From Eledone cirrhosa (taxonomy: Eukaryota), in NCBI GenBank assembly GCA_964016885.1, contig OZ024742.1, forward strand, positions 222,704,001 to 222,768,000: a DNA stretch of 64,000 nucleotides, written 5' to 3'. Each line of letters begins with the position of its first letter. Positions within the stretch are counted from its first letter, which is position 1. The notes beneath the pieces were generated by a model. The model had not been told where the DNA came from. It did not search any database and saw only the letters and a program-made list of their open reading frames with translations. Shown here piece after piece: positions 37,650 to 50,735 of this stretch. The translations under genes were made by a program, and so were the position numbers.

Positions 37650-37810
37650 ATATATGTATGCATATATATATATGTGTGTCTATATATACACACACATATA
37701 TATGTGTGTGTGTGTGTATATATGTATGCATATATATATATATGTGTGTCTATATATACACACACATATATATGTCTATATATGTACACACATATATATG
37801 TATATATATT
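37595..37810. repeat. Compound (TA)n/(TG)n/(CA)n microsatellite
   Basis: Directly visible. Similar tracts at about 250, 910, 1352, 46737 and 47640-47750. Confidence 0.95.
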
Positions 37811-37882
37811 TCGTACTAAATATTTTTGCTGATGCATGCATCCACACCTTATTAATACTGTCATTATTATTATTACTATTAA

Positions 37883-38228
37883 TGGAGGCACATGGCTTAG
37901 TGGTTAGAGCATTGGCCTTGCAATCGAAAGGTTGTGAGTTCAATTCTCAGACCGGGTGATGTGTTGTTTCCTTGAGCAAGACACTTTATTTCACATTGCT
38001 CCAGTTTACTCAGCTGCAGAAATGAGATGATAGGACTGGGGTCCCTAACATTCCACTGTAAAGTGGACGTGTAGGCACTACGGCAAAAAAGCACCCAGCA
38101 CTCACTGTAAATGAGGTTGGTGTTAGGAAGGGCATCCAGCTGTAGAAATCAAGCCAGAATCAGTTCCCGTCCCACCCTTGCAAGCAGGGAAAAGCAAATG
38201 TAAAATGATGATGATGATGATGATGATG
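37883..38228 (+). mobile_element. Full-length tRNA-derived SINE with (GAT)n tail
   Basis: A-box tggcttagtgg, B-box gagttcaattc; 3' part nearly identical to 30014-30120. Confidence 0.85.
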
Positions 38229-40204
38229 AATACCTTCTTCTTCTTTGCCCACTTATTTCTGAGAGGGTTGTGGGGCAGAGTCTTCAAAGACTCCTTTCAG
38301 CGGGTCCTGTCAGAAGCAACTGTCTCCAACTGATACGGCTGGATCCCCAAGCGTGACCAGCCAAGCTCATGGACGTTACTTTACCATCATATTACATGTA
38401 TTACAAGGCGACGAATTGGCAGAGTCGTTCGAACATCGGATAGAATACTTTATGGTACATTCAGGCTCTCTGCTCTTTGAGTTTAAATCAACTTTGCCTT
38501 TTATCCTTTCGGGGTCGATAAAAAAAAGTACCAGTCTACTACTGGAGTGGATTCTTCCTCTCTCACATTTTCTATCTTTCTCTGGAAGAAATCTACTGTA
38601 CTCAGGTTTGGAAAGTGATGGGCTCCGCCAGGCTTAAAATGCTCAAGAAACGTTGTCCATACGGCGCCCCTTTGACTCTATCAGGAGTTACGGGACCATA
38701 TATATATATAGTATATATTATTTGTATTAATATCATTTTCCACATATAGTAGCTATTCTAAAAAGAAAACTAGTCTCCTAATTTTTTCATACCAAGAATT
38801 TGTTCTTCCCGCTTCACTTAATGAAATCCTTGCATATATATCGCCCATCGCAAGAGAATCTCCTCACGCACTACCGTTATGCCTTCCTATTTTCCAAAGA
38901 CAATATTTGGTCGTAATTTTTTTTTTATTTTTAATATTTACTTCTGCGTCAACGGATTGATATTTCTCAGTTTCAGAAGATACTGCTTTAGGGTGAAAGC
39001 AGAAATTGTTTGCTTAAACTTTTAATTTGTGCTAATGATACACACGTACACATACATACATATGTGTGTGTGTTTGTTTGTTCTTGTATACCATCCAAAT
39101 GCAAACAGAATTACGACAGAAGATAACTTAATAAATAAAACACATTTTCTAATTTACTGAACGAAATTTAAAAAAAACATTTCTGGAACGCTTTTAACCA
39201 TCATAATTTCTCCTTAACCAGGGTTAACCTGGGACTAAAATGTATTAATACTACTGGCTTTTGTATACTTATAAATTTTTCAGACGATTTAAAGAGATCG
39301 GTATATATTTTGGGGTTTGTTTTTATACTATTGAAGCTGTGTTTCACGTTTCTGACTTCGAATTACATCCGGCAAGTAAGTTCTGGGGTTTATCCATTCA
39401 ACTATCTCGTTCTTACTCCATTAAAAAAATTCATTAATACTATACTAAAGGCTAAATCCTATAAGTCTTCTATATATTGAAGTGAAAGTAATATGACCCG
39501 ATCGTAATTACAGAAGTGAATGGAAAAAAATGAATAAAACAAAAGCGAAAAATATATAGCTTACTGCAAATATAAAGCTCGTGTATATATATATATATAT
39601 ATATAAATTAAAGTATAAAAATTGTGAACGTGAAGCCAACAGTATTTCATAATATATATATATATTATGAAATACTGTTGGCTTCACGTTCACAACAATT
39701 TTTATACTTTAATTTATATATAGTACATTATCACACGTTGGCTACAACCTTCATTTTGATCGGATTTTACTTTCACTTCAATATTGCATGATTACAGAAT
39801 TTTGCTTATAAAGAACAGAAAAATTTAATATTTAACATCTTTTTTTGAACGTGACATGTATACACAAACAGATTCACTCTTTCTGTCTCTCTCGCACATA
39901 CACACGTACAAAAACAACGATACAGTAGATATACACTTATATATATTGCCTTTTCATTAAACTATTTTTCATTGAATCATAAGCAGGCGACAGGACCAAT
40001 TGTCATAACTGTCGACACTAAACGAGCTGAAACTTCTAGTGGTTCTATTATACAAAGATGTTTATTTTAAACTATTTATATTTATGTAAAAAAAACAAAA
40101 CAAACCTTCTACCAGGACTTTATTAGAATCTTTATTGAGTTATGTTTCAAATACCAGCTTAATGTGAAAGTTTGTTATATTACTAAATCCTTCCAAATTC
40201 TTGA

Positions 40205-41820
40205 TATTCCAGTCTGTGGCTTTCGAGACGTTTGAAAGTTTCTGTCATTATTGGCGGCTCGCATTACCGAGGTATCAAGTGGGGGTGATGCCAGTAAGGG
40301 CCCTTGGTTATTACAGCACCTTAGTCTCGCTATTTACCCGTAACAATGCTCCGAATGTGTTAGCTTGCCTCAAGAATTAATAGAGGGAAGCCCCAGCGCC
40401 CCTTATTGCGGTGTATAGGAAAATACTATGAATGTCCAACGACACACTCTGCAACAGCCACCCACGTCCAGGGTTACTTCCTAAGACGGGCTGTTGACGT
40501 TCCGATTTTGCGGAGGAGCTCGGCTGTCCGGAGCCCGAGGACGCCTGGGTCTCGACAGCGACCGGTCCAAAGAGGAAGCGGCTGGATAAGCCCCGGTATT
40601 TGCTTGTCTTCCAGTCTAAGTTGGAAGCAGAGAACGTATCACAGCATATCGCGTCCCAAGAGCAATGAGTTTATTATTCTGGTTAAAGGGGGATATTTTA
40701 CAAAAATAAACACGTTCTCCACGATAATAACAAATTCAAGGGAATTAAGGAAAACAACACTGTTCAACTCATTTCTGTGATGACATTAGAACCACGTGCG
40801 AAAAATGCAACAAGTTGAAAAACCGCTACAACACAACGCACCTCGCGAGATGGAATGGCTCTTCCAGCGCATCTCCCTTACCATCCTCCGGGGAAACACC
40901 TTCTCCATCCTGTCCGCCGGGGTTGTGGGGAGGCCAGCACGTGGGACCCCATTTGCTCACCATACCGATTAATAGGCAAAGTTATAAACTATTGTAAATA
41001 AACCTATTTAATACTTTAAAAAAATGAATAAATAAAAGTTAAAGTAAAAAACTAAAACAAAAACGTAAGGAAAAACAAAACAAAAAAAATAAAAAAAGGA
41101 ATACCGCATGTAACACATGAAATATCAATTATTTATTGTTTATATTACAAGTGCTTATAAAAAAATACCCTATGTTCTAAATAAAAGGGTCACCACAAAT
41201 AAAATCAAAAAGACAAATGGACAAGTTATTGAACATTTTTGGTAACACTAAGCTCTAAGAATGAAATCACAACATACACATAAAATCTGGTTAAAACTCA
41301 TACCAACAAACTAGTAAATTTAATCATATATTAAAAACAAAAAAAATCATACATGTCGCACTTTGTGATGGTTGTTTTTGTTTGTTTTTTCTTTCTTTCC
41401 TTTTTTTTCTCTCTCGTTTTGATCATATATTTTCGTGCATTATACTTGTGAGGTTCTTAGCAATAATTAATTGTATTTATTATCAGGGTCGATAAAATAA
41501 AGTACCAGTAATGTACTGAATAATTGCTGGCCTTGTGCCAAATGTAGAAACATTTATTATTTGTGTTTTTTGGTAGTATCAGTAGAGGGTCGAACGCCAT
41601 GCTTTCCAGAATAGAGTTGCGTCCCTTTATGATCTGAGTTCAAATCCTACTGAGGTTAACTTTGCCTTTCATCCTTACGGGGTCGATAAAATAAAGTACC
41701 ATAATGCACTGGGATAATTGCTGGCCTTGTGCCAAAAGTAGAAACAATTATTTGTGTTTATATTTTCATTCTCTAAGAATTGTAAACGATTTGTGATGTT
41801 ATTTATTCAACTGTGAATAA
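40205..41820 (+). mobile_element. 5'-truncated CRE-clade copy interrupted by a ~940-bp insert and SINEs
   Basis: ORF end at 40205-40410; 3'UTR at about 41354-41820 aligns with 45025-45270. Confidence 0.6.
40412..41353. mobile_element. Possible solo LTR-like insertion
   Basis: TGTAT...ATACA termini; CpG-rich; splits an otherwise continuous CRE 3' end. TSD match is only 3/5. Confidence 0.35.
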
Positions 41821-44800
41821 CAGACCTCTCTGTCAACTCTTCCCGTCCGACATGGAGGTCTCCCATCGCTTTGAGGGAGGGTGAGAGATGTTTTCTCTTA
41901 GCTTTCGTTACGTAAAATCTCCCAATTTTGCTTCATTTCTCTCCGTTTTGGGCACATTTTTTCATGGTACTCCCCGTTTGGGTTTTTAGAAATTGGCAGG
42001 TCTGGAATAATAAAAAAAATACATGGTAACAGAGCACTTAATAGAACAAATACACAACGAAGTTACGAATATCGAACAAAAGACAACGAACATAAACATA
42101 TTGAGAATTTAAAACTATGAAGATAAAACGAACATGTCCTAAACAGTTAGAATAGACAAAACACGCAACAAACCCCAACCCTAAAAGCCATACAGAGTAT
42201 TAAACCAATAAAACGATTCAGGACATCACAACCAAAAATGAAATATAAAGTGAAGGATGTAGGAAAAATGAAATCCTAAAAACGAAACTTAAAACTACAA
42301 TGGATAAAGTTGGAACTACTTGTTTAGTTCGACAACCTAAGTTATCACAGAAGTTGCATTGGCATAACTAAGGTTCAAGCCGAAAAATTTTCAAACTGGA
42401 CTTGTAACCAATGCCACTGCAGCTCCGACATACTTCGTAGAGCAGAACCTTGCTCGATGTCCAGATCCCTGTCGAAGATTTTGCCGCCGCCATCCAGGGA
42501 TTGTATAAGTAGAAGCTCATCAACCGGATCTTAAAGGGAGTTCGGATTTGTTTCACTCTTGCTCTCTCCAAGATTGGCAGAAACTGTTCTTATTCCTTCT
42601 TGTTTCTCTCCACGTGCCTAATGCGAAAACCGGTTCCCTCACATCTTCCCTAAAACGGCAGTTCAAACTGTTTGAGTCCTCTCCATATACTGTTCATCCC
42701 AAGTCGGCGATCAACTCAGTTCCGAACAATGGATGATCACCGAACTTAAAGAAGGCCGTCAATGCCAAATTCAGTGAATTTGCTATTAATGGGGCTGTTC
42801 GCCTCCTCTCCTCCCTTGTCCAGTGCACTACAGATTCTCTCAATCTATTGAGGGAGAAGCATCCTCTTCCCCCTCCCCGGATGACTACTTACACTGACCC
42901 CCCCCCCCCCCGGTTATTTACAACCTGCTTTCACCTCAGACAACATCATCAAGGTGATTGTATTCTTTCCTGCGGGTTCTGGTGCAGGGATGGATTGTTC
43001 ACGGCTTCAGCATCTCAAGGATGGTATTTCCCTGTCGGCCGGTGATGCCCGCCATGAGCTCTTGGAGAGCCTAATCCAGTTTGTTAACATGTTCTCGTCT
43101 GAGAGTGTCCTACCCTACATGCGCCCTCTGTTCTTTGGCGCTAAACTGTTTGATCTCACAAAGCCCAATTGTAGCCTCCGCCCCTTAGCAATTAGGTGTA
43201 CTCTGCAACGGCTCACTGCGAAAGTATGTTTGTCCTCTATTTCAGACTGCCTGTTCGCAGAATTTTCCTTTATTCAGCCAGGGATGGGTACCAAGTTAGG
43301 TTGTGAAGCTGTCGTTCACGCTACCAGAGCTTTTACAAGCTTGCCTTCTGAGACCCCAAAGGCTATCCTCAAACTAGATATCCGGAACGCCTTCAATTCC
43401 ATCAATCAGGATGTTATCCTCCGTTCAGTAAGGGAGAGAGCTCCACAGCTCTACCACTTTGCTTGGCAAGCTTATTGGGAGCCCTCCTGCCATTCTTTTG
43501 GAGTGCAACTGAGTGACCCGCTCGGACCTGCTCTATTCGTACTAGGTATCGAATACGTTACCAAGATGGGAGCTGACCTGGATTTGAATGTCTGGTATCT
43601 TGATGATGCTTGTTTGGGGGTCCAGATAAAGTCCTTGCAACTGCGAAGACTATGATTGAGAAACTTGGTCGTAGGGGCCCCCACCTCAACAGTTCAAAAT
43701 GTGAGCAACCACACAGCTTCACACCAGCAGACTGTAAACCTATATACAGAATTCTTCCCCTCTATCACGGTTCCTCCATCAACAGCGTGATGCTCTCTTA
43801 GAACCCCGAGTTTTCGATCCAAGTTGGCTAAACTCGAGTAACTACAAAAAACAAAACAAAAAAAAACATAGGCAATTGAGCCCCACCAAGGTTTTTTTTA
43901 ATACTTAAGAATTACTTGTGGCTTCTTAAGTTTTGTTTTCTCAGAGTTAGTCACTTTTATAGATTCTCGTCGCCTCTCCAACGCTTTGACAACCTATTCT
44001 TCAGTAAACTCGAATGCTTAGTCAACGTCAAATTCTCCAGAGTCCCGCGACCAGGCTGCTTTGCCCAAACGGTTTGGGGATCTAGGTTTGCGTAAATGGT
44101 CGTCTCTGTCACTCTCCTGTTTTCTTTCCTCCATCCACACTTGCTCCCTTTTGGTAGGTAACATCCTCTTTTTTCTAACTTGAACTAGTTCAAACAGGAT
44201 GAAGCTCTGCTTCAGTGGAGGGAGCTAGTTTTGTTATTTCCTGATACAGATGGGAATAGAATGAAGCAGAGAGTATGGGACAATCTGCATTCAAGAGATA
44301 CCCCCAACTCTCTTTTTGATCAATCTGATCAATTTCCAAGATGTCGCCTACTTTCCGCAAGCGCAAAATTCTCGGGGTCTTGGTTGATGCCCTGCCTATG
44401 GCTGACATTGGTGCTCTTCTTTGTCTGGATGAGCTCCGCATCTGCATTGCACCCAGAGTAGGAGAAGATGTCTGTAGAGAACAGAGACATCGCCGTGGTA
44501 GGCCCCTTGATGCCACAGGACTTCATGGATTGTCTTGCCGCCTGAATGCTGGTCCCTTCGTTTGTCACACCAAGCTAAACCTGATCATCAACCGGGCAAA
44601 TATCCCCTCAGTTCTGGAGCTGGCTGGATTATCTAGAATTGATGGGAAGAGACCAAATGGTCTTACTTTTTGTCCCTGGATAAGAGGAAGATGTCTCATC
44701 TGGGACGCTACAGTTAGTGACACCTTTGTTCCCTCCCACATCACGGATGCTACGGTAAATGTGAGGGTCACTGCTTCCGTCGCCGAACGGAATAAAATTC

Positions 44801-45270
44801 TAAAGTACTGGGACTTATCGGTAAACTATTTTTTCTAGCCTGTGACGTTCGATACGTTTGGGGGAGCTGGGCTGCTGACAGTGAAATTCTTGTCATCGTT
44901 AGCAGCTCGCCTTACCAAGGTGTCAAGTGATGCCTGTGAGGATGGTGAGTTATTTCAGCACCTAAGCCTCACCATGTTAGCTTGCTTCGAAACGTTCCGA
45001 TGACTCCTGTGGCGTGTGACCGATTGACGCACTTAGTCGGTTTCTTTTCTCACTTTGATTGTATATTTTTGTATATTATATTTATAAGGTTCGATAGATT
45101 CTATTTTCATGTGAAACATCATGATTATAATATATTTTCTTTGGTTTTGAATTTATATTTTAATGTGGAATATTTATATAATTAAGTATTATATATATTA
45201 TTTGTCTGTACATTTTCATTCTATAAGAATTATAAACTATTTGTAATTTTATTTATATAATTGTGAATAA
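41821..45270 (+). mobile_element. Near full-length decayed CRE-clade non-LTR retrotransposon (RT plus RLE)
   Basis: LRPLAI, GTKLGCEAVVH, KLDIRNAFNSI, DPLGPALF, WYLDD; then HGLSC...DGKRPNG...WDATV restriction-like endonuclease; frameshifted. Confidence 0.88.
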
Positions 45271-46732
45271 AATAAGGTTTTCAATATAATTTGAAAATAA
45301 TAGGCAGTGTCTTTCGTTAGAAATATGTTAACGAATTGGTTAAGGAATATATCTATTGCTAATAACGAAATATAATCCCTGTCTTTATAAAATAGTTGAA
45401 AATAAATTGGGACGGAAAAATGTGGACAGCGTCTCGTCATATAACAGATGCGAGTTTCGATTTCCGCAGGCGATTCTATCACAAGAGGTTATATCAACGA
45501 TTTATATTCGACTATTCTATAGTTAAATTTATGCATTGAAGTAGCCTTATTTAGAGACAAAACATACTTTAAATGCCATTCTTGCTACTCTCTTCGTAAA
45601 ACCTTTCACATTTACATATATGGTGTATATCTTTCCTAAGACATACATGTCCCAGACATTCTTACATAACCCAGCATTGAGGTTCTTTTAACACCAAATC
45701 TACCAACGAAATATATTCCCAGTATTAGCTAGCAGTAGTCAGATATATCCATATATCCTCATTCTAAGGCACACTGGTCCATAGAATGCTTACATAATAG
45801 AACTGGGAGGTTCCTTTAACACCAAATCTATTCTTAATTTGTCCCCATGCCTTGAAATTATCTACTGTTACCATAGAAACAGTTAACTTTTCACGATTTA
45901 ATTTAGTCGCTGAAATTTCGTATCGAACGTTGATTTCCGTTCAGTTCATTGATAGCCATGATCTGTTGACTTACTTCAGAGTTATTTTTAGCGCTCATAT
46001 TTTAACTAGTTTCTCTAAAATGTTATATGATTGGATGATATCAGCTAAACTGCTCTGTTACAGGAATGAATCAATTATCTTCACATAAATTGGTGAGTTA
46101 AAATAGGAACACGATAAAGAGAAACAAGTTGTTTGGAGTAATTAAAGATTATTACGAATCAATAAATACGATTTTAATTTAATTTTATAATATACATATA
46201 TTTTTTCAAGCTAGAAACTATGTAAAAGAAGTTTAATTGAATAAGAATTAAATAAAAAAAAAAACTATGCCGTAGATTGTCGAATATGTTGCTGTAAAAT
46301 GTAAACTTTATCAGAAAGTCCATCGCACTAGCTGTGGCAGGTGTCTGTAACAAGCAATGTTGTTATAACATTGTGTATAGTTTAATTATTTCAGACAACT
46401 ACTGCCTTCTTCTGACACTCTTATTATCACCCTAACTAGCTTTATTTTTCGTCCCTCATCTCTCTTACCTGGATTTGTACGCGATAAGAGTAAATGATGA
46501 AACGTAGACAAAAAGGTAAACGGTTTGCTTCGTCTCTTAACTTAGTTGTAAATATATATATACATACTCCGTCCGTCCTGATATCTGCGTTCTTTATAAA
46601 TATGTTTTTAATTTAAAATATATTGTGTTTTCCTGACACACTTACTTTCTTTTTTGTCCCCTCACTTCTCTGGACTATCCGATAAAAGTAGATGGTGAAA
46701 TCTTAATACTCCGCCTGTCCTGACAGTTCTGC

Positions 46733-46790
<58 letters not shown>

Positions 46791-47421
46791 GCAGAAATGT
46801 CAAGACAGGCGGAGTATTAAGATTTCACCATCTACTTTTATCGGATACAGTCCAGAGAAGTGAGGGGATATATATTTATATATATGAGTGTGTGTTTTAA
46901 AATTATATTTCTTGCTTTTGTCCCGTTCGGGCGCCTTATTTACATACTCGTACGGCGTTATTTGGGCATTTAAAATTATATTACATCATATCTTTCTCTG
47001 AGACCCTTATCATCTAACATGTGTGTTTGTCCCTTCTTCTCTTTCCAACCTAGAACTGTACCCCGATAAAAGTATATGATGAAATCTTCATATATACTCC
47101 ATCTGTCTTGATATGTCAGAGCCATGTATATGTTATTAATTTCATTTATATCATATATCACAGTTATAATGGATTTATTATTATTCAAATTTTATGCCTA
47201 AACAAAAGAAAAGAATACATTTGATGTGCTTATGTTATATCTTTAAAAAGTTTTAATATTTGATCAAAATTATAATTATCAAAAAGTGTTTTCATTTTTT
47301 TTCTACGTACAAACGAAGCCTTAGAAAAGAGAAAATAGTTTTTATATCTAAAAACCTACATCAAATCTGGAATAAGATACATTATGTAAAATATTAAATA
47401 AAGGAATATCGTAAACAACAA

Positions 47422-47612
47422 ATAATTGTTTCTGCTTTCGGCACAAGGCCAGCAAATACCCAGTGCATTACTGGTACTTTATTTTATCGACCCCGTAAGG
47501 ATGAAAGGCAAAGTTAACCTCGGCGGGATTTGAACTCAGAATGGCAAGGGCCGTAACTCTATACGTCAAAGCATGGCGTCCGACCCTCTACCGATACTGC
47601 CAATCCACCGAA
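47422..47612 (-). mobile_element. tRNA-derived SINE (abundant family)
   Basis: gagttcaaatcccgccgaggttaactttgcctttcatccttacggggtcgataaaataaagtaccagt core. Other copies at about 5385, 13275-13560, 33565, 38410, 41480-41750, 48835-49040, 49240, 52500 and 61600. Confidence 0.9.
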
Positions 47613-47656
47613 CAAATAATAACCGATTATTTTCATTACACACACACACCTCTCTC

Positions 47657-47748
<92 letters not shown>

Positions 47749-50394
47749 CATACTAATTTAAGGTATCACAACATATATACTATGTATGATGCTTGTGTTT
47801 CTAAAACGATACATGGCTCTTTCTCTCTATATACTACATATATCTCTTAATTTGAATTATATATATATATGTGTGTGCATACTCATACACATCTCTGTAT
47901 TTGTGTGTATGTGTATATGTAAAATAGCATGCAGTGTGTATGTATATATACGCACACATTCACACGTATTTGGATAAGTGTACTCATGAATGATTTGTTA
48001 TGGAATGTTTTATTAATTATATATATTATATTGATCGTTAATTAAACAAAATAATGTATTCTACCCAGTCGGTTTATATCGATTTCCGATAAAAGTTTTT
48101 CATCTCTAGTTTCACTTGTATATTATTGTCTGGTCCGATAACTAAACTGCTAATATGGTCCAGTTTGTTTGAAGTGCTTGTATTTATCTAAAAACATTCC
48201 ACCATAATTTTCTGTAAGAACTTTTGTTAAGTTATGTTCCAAAATTACTTTTAAATCAGTCTTTTATTAGAAATATGGTAACAAAAGGGTTTCTCTAAAA
48301 ACCTTTCATCATAATTTTATATAAGAATTTTTGTTAAGTAATATTCCCAGATTAATAATGATGAAGTTGGTTATGTTATTAAATCTTCCTAATATCCTGA
48401 TTGTTTTCAAAATTATTGGAAAATTATGGCATTAGGAATATGGTGACAAATTTGCAGATAGTAAGGTTGTTTTTAAACCACTAGGTCTAGCGATGACCAG
48501 AGAAACATTAATTCAATCACAAGAACAACAGTGCAACGTGAAAGATTCATGCGTATCAAATAGATTTTTGTCTTTGCCTGTTACAATATTTACATACATC
48601 TAGACAACATGTTTGTTAATAAGTAGGAATATAATAAACTCATGATTAATCCAGTCTTCGTTTTTGCCCGGTCATTCTCACCAGCGGCTACGATTTCTGA
48701 AAATATCGTGGTGGAAATCTTTATGTATTCAATCGTTTATCTAAGAGTGGTATGAACGTCATGAAGACACGTTTCTTTGTGTGCAAATTTGAGCGTTCGT
48801 TCTCATGTAAAGGAACTATCATTATATAGTAGGCCCTTCCATCCTTACGAGGTCGATAAAATAAAGTACCAGTAATGTACTGGGTAAATACTGGCCTTGT
48901 GCCAATAGTAGAAACAATTATATAGTAGGCCCTTTCCAATCTGAGTTCAAATCCCGCCGAGGTTAACTTTGCCTTTCATCCTTACAGGGTCGATAAAATA
49001 AAGTACCAGTAATACACTGGGTAAAATCTGGCCTTGTGCCAAAAGTAGAAACAATTATATAGTTGTTTTTTTTCCACGTGTATATTTAATTTAATTCTTT
49101 GTCCAAAACCTGTGTCACAGATCTTCCACATGATTTAACCTAAATGAAAACATCCACACTTTACTACTACTGTCTAGACAAAGCAATTTCCTCCCTTATT
49201 AGTTAACAAGTTCTCTTATCAATAAACACCATATTTTATCCGTCGAGGTTAACTTTGGCTTTCATCCTTACGGGGTCGATAAAATAAAGTACCAGTAATG
49301 CACTGGTAATTGCTGGCCTTGTGCCCAAAGTAGAAACAATTATATTTCACTGCTATTCTCTTTTATATGTGATAGATACCAAGTGCTTTGGTGTATGTCT
49401 TTAACCTCTTTGATACGAAACCGTCTTAGTGTACGATACGAAACTTTATTTTAAATTATTTATATTTATCTAAAAAATTTCCCATCATAATTTTAAGAAC
49501 TACTTCAAACACCAGTTAAATAATGAGGAAGTGAATTATATTACAAAATCTTTCCAAATTTTTGATATTTTCAAAACTAATTTGAAAAGCATAGGCAATA
49601 TATTTCCTTAGAAATGTGGTATCATAGCATGGAATCCTATATAACTATATAGATAGATATAACATCCATGCATCCGTTTGGCACGCAATGTTTAAACAAC
49701 GTGTCTATTGTTCGTTCGATCGACATTGGTCTAATAAGTGATATTAAATGATTTTAAATATTAGATGTTTTTGTCAACTTACTAAAAGTATATACCGAAA
49801 TGACTGATTAGGAAAAAAGTCAACAAATATTCTGTTCCATTCATTCCACTTAACGTAATTCTTGTGACAGAACCAAAGAAAATGTGTTTATTTTTTAATC
49901 TATGGCATATTGATTTTGGTTTGTTATTTAATTTATGAACAAGATAATCATCACATTATTGAAAAGACTACGTAGCAAACTTACTCGCCGCGGACATGAC
50001 GTATGATAGCTAATCCCAAACCTTAATCCTCCTAGCAGCAGCACATTTGAAGTTTTATAGTTCTTTTGTCAATTTGCCAAATATTCTACTTGCTTTTTTA
50101 GTTCTTTTGTCTATCCATTGTTTACACCCAGTACACATTAATCAGATCTTACCTATTTCCTTCTCTAAGTATTGAGCAAAGCCATTTCTCAAACGGCATT
50201 AGAACCTTCTGCTCACTATTATTAATTTGGACTTTTAGTTTTATTCTTACCATGTTTACCTTGAGTCATTTTGGCTTTTAGCCCATTCTTCTGAATTTGA
50301 AACTTTTATTTTTATTTTTGCAATTCTTTGACAGATTCAACAATAAGATCCAGATCATTAGTATATGAACATTCTAAAGTTCATATCATTTTGT

Positions 50395-50735
50395 TCATCT
50401 GTTGGTCCCAAGTTCATCCAGTTTTGTTCATGCTGCAGTCCCAAAATCTTGCTATTGTTTCCAGTTGGTGCTGTTAATCCCATCTTGTTTGTCATTTGAT
50501 CCCAAGTTCACCCAGTCTAGATCATGCTATGGTCCCAAGTTCATCAGTAGTCCCAAGTTTACCCAGTCTTGTTCATGATGTGTTTTCAAGTTTATCTAGT
50601 TATCTAGTGAAGTTCAATCTGTTCTCCCAAGTTTATCCAGTCAACTTTATGCTGTAGTCCCAAGTTCATGCTGTGGTCCCCTGTTTACCTGGTATTGTTC
50701 ATGCTGTGTTCCAAAGTACATCTCCAGTCTTGCTT
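50395..50735. repeat. Minisatellite, about 33-bp unit
   Basis: Degenerate repeats of gtcccaagttcatccagttttgttcatgctgca. Confidence 0.8.

Noticed and set aside
37883-37955. tRNA-like sequence
   Set aside because: It is a SINE head continuing into SINE body and tail, without a complete cloverleaf.
37552-37959. YIYI/HTHT-rich ORFs
   Set aside because: Translations of dinucleotide microsatellites.
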